Source of the DNA: Candidatus Hermodarchaeota archaeon | GTDB taxonomy: Archaea; Asgardarchaeota; Heimdallarchaeia; Hodarchaeales; Hodarchaeaceae | Direction: 5' to 3' | Assembly: GCA_048886185.1 (NCBI GenBank) | Contig: JBHLKY010000008.1 | Location: 30,001 to 62,000, forward strand | DNA: 32,000 nt | Shown: piece by piece, positions 25,915 through 32,000 of the stretch | Numbering within the stretch: position 1 is the stretch's first letter | Layout: the number at the start of each line of letters is the position of its first letter | Translations under genes and position numbers: made by a program | The notes under the pieces: model-generated | Database searches by the model: none | The model's input: the letters and a program-made list of their open reading frames with translations, nothing else | What the model was told of the DNA's origin: nothing

Positions 25915-26721
25915 TTACTTTCCAAATCTGCGCTGACGTGATTGATATGTCCGTATAGCTCGCCACAGATCAATTTTTCGGAAGCCAGGGAAAAATACAT
26001 CTGCAAAGTATAACTCGCTATAAGCTGATTGCCAAGTTAGAAAACCAGAAAGTCGTTCTTCCCCAGAAGTTCGAATGATGAGGTCCGGATCAGGAATCCC
26101 ATTAGTATATAGATGACGTTCAACAACGACCTCATTTATATCGTCTACTGTCATCTCCTTTGTTTCGATTTTTTTTGCAATTGATTTGATAGCATCAATC
26201 ATTTCAGCACGACCCCCATAACCAACAGCAATAATTAAAGTTGGACCCTTAGCGTCAGTTTTTGTACTTTCTTCTGCGTCCTTTATTGCCTCCTGAACTC
26301 GCGTAGGGAGAAGATGAGTTCTGCCAATAACTTTTATCTTTATATTCCGCTTTTTTATTTCAGGATGAGATACGATTTCACGAAAACTCTTTTCAAAGAG
26401 CTGCATTAATTCCTTTACTTCCTCCTCATCTCGCTCAAAATTTTCAGTTGAAAATGCATAGAGAGTTACATAATCAATTTGCAAATCATAAAACCAACGG
26501 AGGATCTCTTTTAACTTTTCACGACCCAAATAGTGCCCTAAATTACGTGGTAAATTCTTGGATTGAGCATAACGACGATTACCGTCCATAATTAGCGCAA
26601 CATGTTTGGGATGAACCCCTTGTTCAATTCCATCCTTAATCTCGGCCCATAATCTCCTCTCATATAACCGATATAGTATTGAGTCAATATTAAATCTCAA
26701 CTGCAGACCCCAAATATGCAC
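25915..26721 (-). CDS. uppS: cis-prenyltransferase (tritrans,polycis-undecaprenyl diphosphate synthase)
   Basis: HVALIMDGNRRYA, YAFSTENFER, PDPDLIIRTSGEERLSGFLTWQSAYSE, RRFGK. Exact start uncertain. Confidence 0.96.
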   Translation of the reverse strand: MHIWGLQLRFNIDSILYRLYERRLWAEIKDGIEQGVHPKHVALIMDGNRRYAQSKNLPRNLGHYLGREKLKEILRWFYDLQIDYVTLYAFSTENFERDEEEVKELMQLFEKSFREIVSHPEIKKRNIKIKVIGRTHLLPTRVQEAIKDAEESTKTDAKGPTLIIAVGYGGRAEMIDAIKSIAKKIETKEMTVDDINEVVVERHLYTNGIPDPDLIIRTSGEERLSGFLTWQSAYSELYFADVFFPGFRKIDLWRAIRTYQSRQRRFGK

Positions 26722-27141
26722 AGATGCTTAACATGAACTTCTGAAAACAAATTTGCATAAAAAACAATGAATCTGATTTAAATTTCAATAGACATTACCT
26801 GCAACAAGCTACTAATGTCATCCAAGACATTTGTAGATGTTCTTATAAATAACTTTGATTCAAAATTCAGCAATTTACCAATTCGACAGTTCATATTATT
26901 GAAGGAATTGGTTCTCTACTGATCTATAGAGAGTAAGTTTTAATGTAATTATTTTTGCAATCTATAAAAGAAGATATTTTCAAAATTTTTTTTCTATACG
27001 ATATGCATCATACGTTAATCATCGAGACATTGAAACTAATGAAAATTATTCTCCAAGAGTTATGTCATAGGCAACCCTATTCCTAAATGGGCATTAGTTA
27101 TCTTTCAGAATGAAAATTAAGATGTTTTTAAAGTAGTAATA

Positions 27142-27226
27142 TGCGGGGGGTGAGATTTGAACTCACGAACGCCTATGCGACTAGGACCTCAACCTAGCTC
27201 CTTTGACCTGGCTGGGAAACCCCCGC
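27142..27226 (-). tRNA. tRNA-Leu(GAG), intronless, CCA not encoded
   Basis: Minus strand GCGGGGG-TT-TCCCAGCCAGGTCAAAGGA-G-CTAGG-TTGAGGT-CCTAG-long variable arm-GTGAG-TTCAAAT-CTCAC-CCCCCGC-A. Confidence 0.96.
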
Positions 27227-27307
27227 ATTTGATAGTAGAATTGCCCACATCGTTTCTTATTTCATTTTTGCTTAACCCTGAGAAATTCACACTAAACTTT
27301 GCACTAT

Positions 27308-27670
27308 CTATCGTACGACTATTACAAATTCTTTTAGAACAGTTTTAAATTCCTTTAACGGTGCACTAGAAAATATTCGAAGTATAAGACCCCCTGCTGA
27401 AAATGAGTACACTTTCTCGGCACCAATCGGTTTTGTTCGAAAATTTATGGCATTAAAAGCGATCTTTGCATTGGAATAGTCTAATGGATCTGATATGGAA
27501 TCGCGAGGAATAACTTCAATTTCAAAGCTTTTCATATCTTCCATAGCAACTATTTTAGAAGGAATCTCGATTTTTCCCCTTAATCCTTTCTCCTCATCAC
27601 GAAAATCGATTAAATAAAGATCATTATCAGAATCATGTTCAATTCGCATTCTTTCAGCCTGAATGATCAT
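27308..27670 (-). CDS. rpo8: RNA polymerase subunit Rpo8 (RpoG / Rpb8 homolog)
   Basis: 120 aa from ATG 27670; VYSFSAGGLILRI resembles the Rpb8/Rpo8 Y.S.GGLL.RL motif; beta-rich OB-like pattern. Confidence 0.7.
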   Translation of the reverse strand: MIIQAERMRIEHDSDNDLYLIDFRDEEKGLRGKIEIPSKIVAMEDMKSFEIEVIPRDSISDPLDYSNAKIAFNAINFRTKPIGAEKVYSFSAGGLILRIFSSAPLKEFKTVLKEFVIVVR

Positions 27671-27680
27671 AGATAACCCC

Positions 27681-28118
27681 TTATTCCTCTGAACTTTGAG
27701 CTGACGCATATCGGTCGAAAATGGCGCGAACTCGGTCAGCTACAGGCCCCGTGCCCTCCACACCACTCTCTGAGACCCTGACTCGTTCAAGTACTACAAT
27801 GAGGCCTGCTTCATCATACACTTTTACATCACCCGGACGACGGAAAATTTGTTCCAGTTCGTCTTTTAGTCCTGTAAGATCGAATGGAGCTTCCTCTAAA
27901 TATATTTCCGATATTTGTTCACCATTCAAACAGATTCGATGAAGTTCAGTTGTTTCTCCTTCACGTTTTGCTTTTATCAGAACGCATGTAAGAGTCTCTG
28001 GATTTACTCCTTTTAATTCTCCAACATACTTTTTCTGATCTTTTAAAATGACGGCGACTCTCTTATTAACGAATGCAATGATTTCCTTTTGATATGATCT
28101 TTTTGCAGCACCGATCAT
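27681..28118 (-). CDS. Lsm/SmAP protein with C-terminal extension (SmAP3-like)
   Basis: Sm1/Sm2 pattern (VAVILKDQKKYVGELKGVNPETLTCVL...LNGEQISEI) plus C-terminal domain (VKVYDEAGLIVVLERVRVSESGVEGTGPVADRV). Confidence 0.85.
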   Translation of the reverse strand: MIGAAKRSYQKEIIAFVNKRVAVILKDQKKYVGELKGVNPETLTCVLIKAKREGETTELHRICLNGEQISEIYLEEAPFDLTGLKDELEQIFRRPGDVKVYDEAGLIVVLERVRVSESGVEGTGPVADRVRAIFDRYASAQSSEE

Positions 28119-28469
28119 GGACAACTCAAATGCCTCCAACATTTTAAGATGATTACTGAAAGCCGAGCATATTAAAATCTTGGCAATCCCAGTATCATTG
28201 AAGTATATTCAAAGAATTTTCCTTTCTACTTGGTTAGGTTTTAGGGATTAGGAAAATTACAATCAATTCGGAAGCTCTTTACGAGGTTTAAATCTCATTC
28301 TACATTCGAGATAAATAGAAAAAATCTATGTTTTGAATGACAGGTAATGAATTTCTTAAAAAAAAAGGAGAACTCAACGCGAAAAAGTCATTCCGATCAA
28401 GAAATTAAGATTTACTGAGTTTCCAATTCTTAACAGTCATTATATAAAGAATTCATAATTTATTATTTA

Positions 28470-28778
28470 TCATTTTAATTCTAATTCACGTGTTTTCTTG
28501 TACAAATCCCAGTCAAAATTAAGTTTAAGGATCCTTTCATTTCTGAATCCTGAATCCATTTTTTCTCCAAAAATAATAATTGTGTCCCCAGCTTTTAAAG
28601 CTGGTACATCTTCTCCCTCGATCTCAAGTTCTAAGACCTCATGATCATCAGTAACTTTGATATTTTTTTCTTCAACACTCCTTACCTTAGCAATTAACTG
28701 AAACTTCGTACCAGATTCCACGTTTAAGAGAGATAGTACAGTAGTTTCCCCATAAGGTATTGAAAACTTTCTTTTCAT
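28470..28778 (-). CDS. Small OB-fold protein, RPA14 (Rpa3)-like
   Basis: FQLIAKVRSV, KVTDD, GDTIIIFG, and a C-terminal helix FDWDLYKKTRELE resembling archaeal RPA14. Confidence 0.6.
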   Translation of the reverse strand: MKRKFSIPYGETTVLSLLNVESGTKFQLIAKVRSVEEKNIKVTDDHEVLELEIEGEDVPALKAGDTIIIFGEKMDSGFRNERILKLNFDWDLYKKTRELELK

Positions 28779-29094
28779 ATCATCTTCTTCTTTCAGTCTG
28801 TCTGATTTTAATGGAAATATAGATAATCTATGGATGTATAATGTTAAAAGCTAAATCGTGTATAGATATGAGGCTTGTTTCGGTTAAATATTTTCTTTAA
28901 AAGTCGAATTTCCATTTGAAATCTCTGTTTAATCTCATTATTTAACTTATGAGGACATGTTTTAAGTAATACTATAACTCTTTCAAATTCACCTTGGGCA
29001 ATGGCTTGATAAACTTAGATGATGATCCAACTACTTTAAAAAAGTGCTTTATTTTCGCTTATTACGTTCCTTCGGTAAAAGAATGATGATGACC

Positions 29095-29433
29095 ATGCAG
29101 TTTTGTGAATGTGGGGCTCTTCTAGTACCTGAAAGACAACCTAATGGATTAGTTCAAATGAAATGTCCAGCATGTGGGAAATCTATTAGCTCAAACTCAA
29201 ATTCAAAAGCTTTTGAAATAAGTCAAAAGATCCAACATTCTGAACTTGAAAAAACTGTAATTATTGAAGAATCCCATGGAATTCAAACAATGCCAACAAC
29301 GACTGTTAAATGCGAAAAATGTGGTTATAATGAAGCTGTTTATTGGCAGTTACAAACTCGAAGTGCTGATGAGGCTTCAACAACATTTTATCGATGCAAA
29401 CAGTGCAAGCATACATGGAGGGATTATGGATGA
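29095..29433 (+). CDS. tfs: Transcription factor S (TFS/RpoM)
   Basis: Two zinc ribbons; QTRSADE motif with the acidic dyad intact. Start among ATGs at 29083-29095. Confidence 0.95.
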   Translation: MQFCECGALLVPERQPNGLVQMKCPACGKSISSNSNSKAFEISQKIQHSELEKTVIIEESHGIQTMPTTTVKCEKCGYNEAVYWQLQTRSADEASTTFYRCKQCKHTWRDYG

Positions 29434-29464
29434 AATTCCCTCTCTCAGACCTTTAATTGATCAG

Positions 29465-30145
29465 TTATGGCTTTTTAATGACTAATACGGCATGTTTTTT
29501 TTCAAAAGTATCAATTGAGCGATATTCTTCAATTCTTAATTCAAATTCTTGCTCTAATTCTTCCATCTGTCTGGAAAATATTTCATCAGGTTCTAGAACA
29601 ACATCAATACTCTGTGATTTAACTGCTAAGATACCCAATCCTCCTGGTTTCAGAAATTCTTCTGAATTTCTACCAAAAATCTTTGCTTGGTCTGGTTGTG
29701 CAACATCCTGATAAATTAAATCAACCTCAAAGACGTATGATGAATATTCCTCTGGTCGTCTAGCATCAGCAAGGATCGGAATGAGGTTAGGTCTCTGCTC
29801 TGATAAGCGAAAGAATCTTCGCATTACTTTGGGTGAAAATTCAATACCATAAAGGATCCCTTGGTTCATGATATCAGAAAAATGAGAAGCTGTTGTTCCT
29901 GTTGAGGTGCCTAGATATAAAAGTCTAGTATTTTGGATCTGTGGAAGATTCTTCATCCCTGATAAAAAGGCAGCTGCAAATTTTGAACGATAAGGATCCC
30001 AAACACGATATTCATCACCATTGATTGAGAGTAATTGTTCACCATAAACGGATTTACCAGGTACTCTGTTTCGTGTTACTAGTCGAGATTTTTCATCAGT
30101 TATAGCTTGAAATAACCCTTCAATATATGTTTTTGTTAACTTCAT
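29465..30145 (-). CDS. flpA: Fibrillarin-like rRNA/tRNA 2'-O-methyltransferase
   Basis: SVYGE, YRVWDPYRSK, LYLGTSTGTTASH, YQDVAQPDQ. Start at ATG 30145 or GTG 30160. Confidence 0.96.
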   Translation of the reverse strand: MKLTKTYIEGLFQAITDEKSRLVTRNRVPGKSVYGEQLLSINGDEYRVWDPYRSKFAAAFLSGMKNLPQIQNTRLLYLGTSTGTTASHFSDIMNQGILYGIEFSPKVMRRFFRLSEQRPNLIPILADARRPEEYSSYVFEVDLIYQDVAQPDQAKIFGRNSEEFLKPGGLGILAVKSQSIDVVLEPDEIFSRQMEELEQEFELRIEEYRSIDTFEKKHAVLVIKKP

Positions 30146-30167
30146 TCTTCTTTCTCTCACGAATTGG

Positions 30168-31442
30168 TTATTTTCTTCCCTTATCTGTTATTCTTGGCCT
30201 TCTACGCTTTTTCTGACCCGTGAAATCCTTTCCTCCTCTTTTGAATGTTGGTTTACGTTTTCTTTTCTTTTGAAGACGCTTTTGTTCTAACTGTTGTTCT
30301 GATGGCTCTGGAAATGAGGATTTAATATCTTCAACTTTTTTTTCGAGTTCCTTTAAAAGAGTAGTTCCAATAAATTCGCCACTAAAGAAATCTACTCTAG
30401 CTGCGATTGTTAATTTCGCAGCTAAAGCTCGCGCAATCTTCCCACGTTGATGTTTTTTAGATGAATGAATGTAAGAAGATTGAAAAATGACTCCATGCTT
30501 AGGTGGATCCTCTCCTGATCGAAGGTGCCGAAATAATGCTTTCTCAGCCCCCAAAACCTGAATAGTCCCTGAAGAACTTTTAGCTAAGTTTTCAAGACTC
30601 CCAGCAAGAGCTATTAACCGTGCACCAAGGAGACTTCCAACAATACACTGAATATTGGGAGCCACTTCTTTCATACTTTCCTCAATATATGTTTCTAAAT
30701 CGTCTTTTATTTTGAGAATTTCGACCCCAAAACGTGCTAGTTGAGAGATGGGACTCATATCATAATTTGAAATCTCAGCTCCAAGTGATTGCTTTGCTGC
30801 TTGTAGAATTAGTTCACGTCTATTCTCAGATAAGTGAGATAATAGATCATCATCTAAGCTGGATCTAATCGCTCCACCTGTTTTAGAAATCAGTTTAATA
30901 TATTGAGGATTGTCTCTAACTAGCTCCTGTAATTCAGGAAAATGAATTCCATACCACTCGGATAATCGAGCGTATATCAAATTCAGGATGGAATTCACGT
31001 CATCAATACTCTTGATTGCCTGCGCGATGTAAACATCTCGTGCTTCGACTTTTTCCCTCAGGAGTAACCGTGTTCGTTCCATTGCCTTTTCTCGGAGAAG
31101 TTGAGACACTGTAGTAGAAGTCCCCGTCTCCTGATTATTGAGAATAAAATCAGTTATTAAAGCGCGAAGTGGTGATAACTCCCCTGCAACAGCGAATCTG
31201 GCGTTATCAAACCCTTTTTGACGTAAAAAATCTACTATGTGGGAATTATCAGAAATAATTTCTTCTTGGGTTTGATCAAGAAGTTCCACAATCTTATCTC
31301 CTTTTTGATCAAGAAAATTCTCCAAGTTTTCATTGGTTATGGTGGTTTCCTCATCAAACCTTATAGATTCAATAATCCTAGAAGATTCTTCAGTTTTTTC
31401 TCCAAGGAGAATTCCAGTTGCCACAAATAAAACACATTTCAA
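30168..31442 (-). CDS. nop5: C/D box RNP scaffold Nop5 (Nop56/58)
   Basis: EWYGIHFPEL, APNI, TIQVLGAEKALF, PPKHGVIF, RGKIARALAAK; K/R-rich tail. Confidence 0.96.
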   Translation of the reverse strand: MKCVLFVATGILLGEKTEESSRIIESIRFDEETTITNENLENFLDQKGDKIVELLDQTQEEIISDNSHIVDFLRQKGFDNARFAVAGELSPLRALITDFILNNQETGTSTTVSQLLREKAMERTRLLLREKVEARDVYIAQAIKSIDDVNSILNLIYARLSEWYGIHFPELQELVRDNPQYIKLISKTGGAIRSSLDDDLLSHLSENRRELILQAAKQSLGAEISNYDMSPISQLARFGVEILKIKDDLETYIEESMKEVAPNIQCIVGSLLGARLIALAGSLENLAKSSSGTIQVLGAEKALFRHLRSGEDPPKHGVIFQSSYIHSSKKHQRGKIARALAAKLTIAARVDFFSGEFIGTTLLKELEKKVEDIKSSFPEPSEQQLEQKRLQKKRKRKPTFKRGGKDFTGQKKRRRPRITDKGRK

Positions 31443-31727
31443 TTTAAAACACCTGATTCTAAGAATTAAGCAAGATGATCAAGACATATAACTGTTTCTT
31501 TTTTAACTGTTTAATGCTTTCTTGGTTTTATTAAGAATGGGAGCAAGAACAGGTACTTTCTCATATTATACCTATTGTCTCCTTTTGTAAATCTTAGCCA
31601 AAAAAATTCACTGTTTCTAAAGAAATAAAAAAAGTTAACAGTTCAGAGAAAGCATTTAAGAAATGGTAGAAATAGATTAAGAAATGAAGAAATTGGTTTG
31701 AAATAAAAATAGTGAGCGAAAACATCA

Positions 31728-31910
31728 ATGACCCGTCAAAAACCTATAAGTATTAAAATTCCAGATCAAATATTGATATTAATTGATAATTTTGTACGTC
31801 TCGAACAGTACGAATCTCGGTCTCATTTTTTACGAGTGGCTATTGAAGAACTTTTGAAACAGGAGCTTGGGACATGGGAAAAATTAGTCAACCAAATAAG
31901 CGATAAGTGA
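31728..31910 (+). CDS. Ribbon-helix-helix (CopG/Arc/MetJ) DNA-binding protein
   Basis: PISIKIPDQIL..ID..V....YESRSHFLRVAIEELL. Confidence 0.85.
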   Translation: MTRQKPISIKIPDQILILIDNFVRLEQYESRSHFLRVAIEELLKQELGTWEKLVNQISDK

Positions 31911-32000
31911 GGAGAGAGGTAGTAATTTAAGATGTTCTCCTTCACGCAAACTGAAAAAAGAGATTTGATAATTGGAACATCAATATTTGTTTTAGTTGTA

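Noticed and set aside
26722-27141. Possible gene between uppS and tRNA-Leu
   Set aside because: Only short ORFs were seen (for example a 38-codon minus-strand ORF), with no SD or motifs; the region is AT-rich intergenic DNA.
27157-27348. 63 aa plus-strand ORF
   Set aside because: Antisense to tRNA-Leu and the 3' end of rpo8.
29019-29095. C/D box sRNA (ATGATGA at 29019) near fibrillarin/nop5
   Set aside because: No CTGA D box at a suitable distance downstream.
1-32000. CRISPR array, IS element or integrated element at the tRNA
   Set aside because: No regularly spaced repeats, transposase or integrase, and no duplicated tRNA 3' end was seen by eye.

Overview
AT-rich archaeal core-genome window with no CRISPR array, transposase or intact mobile element. 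Gene content points to an Asgard archaeon, possibly Heimdallarchaeia/Hodarchaeales (inference from protein families only): PolB1, Rpo8 with an Rpb8-like GGL motif, SmAP3-type Lsm, RPA32 with a C-terminal winged helix, RPA14, Get3-type ATPase and a TRAP-beta-like protein. Housekeeping genes include nmd3 (partial), an RsmB/NOP2 methylase, rps8e, gar1, geranylgeranyl reductase, cofE-folP, endA, ndk, hppA, the rpoE1-spt4-DPCK-rps24e-rps27ae-kae1-bud32-PAC2 operon, uppS, tRNA-Leu(GAG), tfs, fibrillarin and nop5. Best leads: (1) a coiled-coil / proline-rich / helix+acidic-Trp protein at 14423-15010 laid out like eukaryotic WAVE/WASH actin nucleation-promoting factors; (2) a neighbouring head-to-head Get3 / TRAP-beta-like pair; (3) a catalytically degenerate LAGLIDADG domain fused to a coiled coil and winged helix at 4932-6605; (4) a cofE-folP operon suggesting an alternative folate glutamate ligase; (5) an RPA32 gene whose conserved N-terminus has no canonical in-frame start codon. 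All family calls come from visual motif recognition; no database searches were run.
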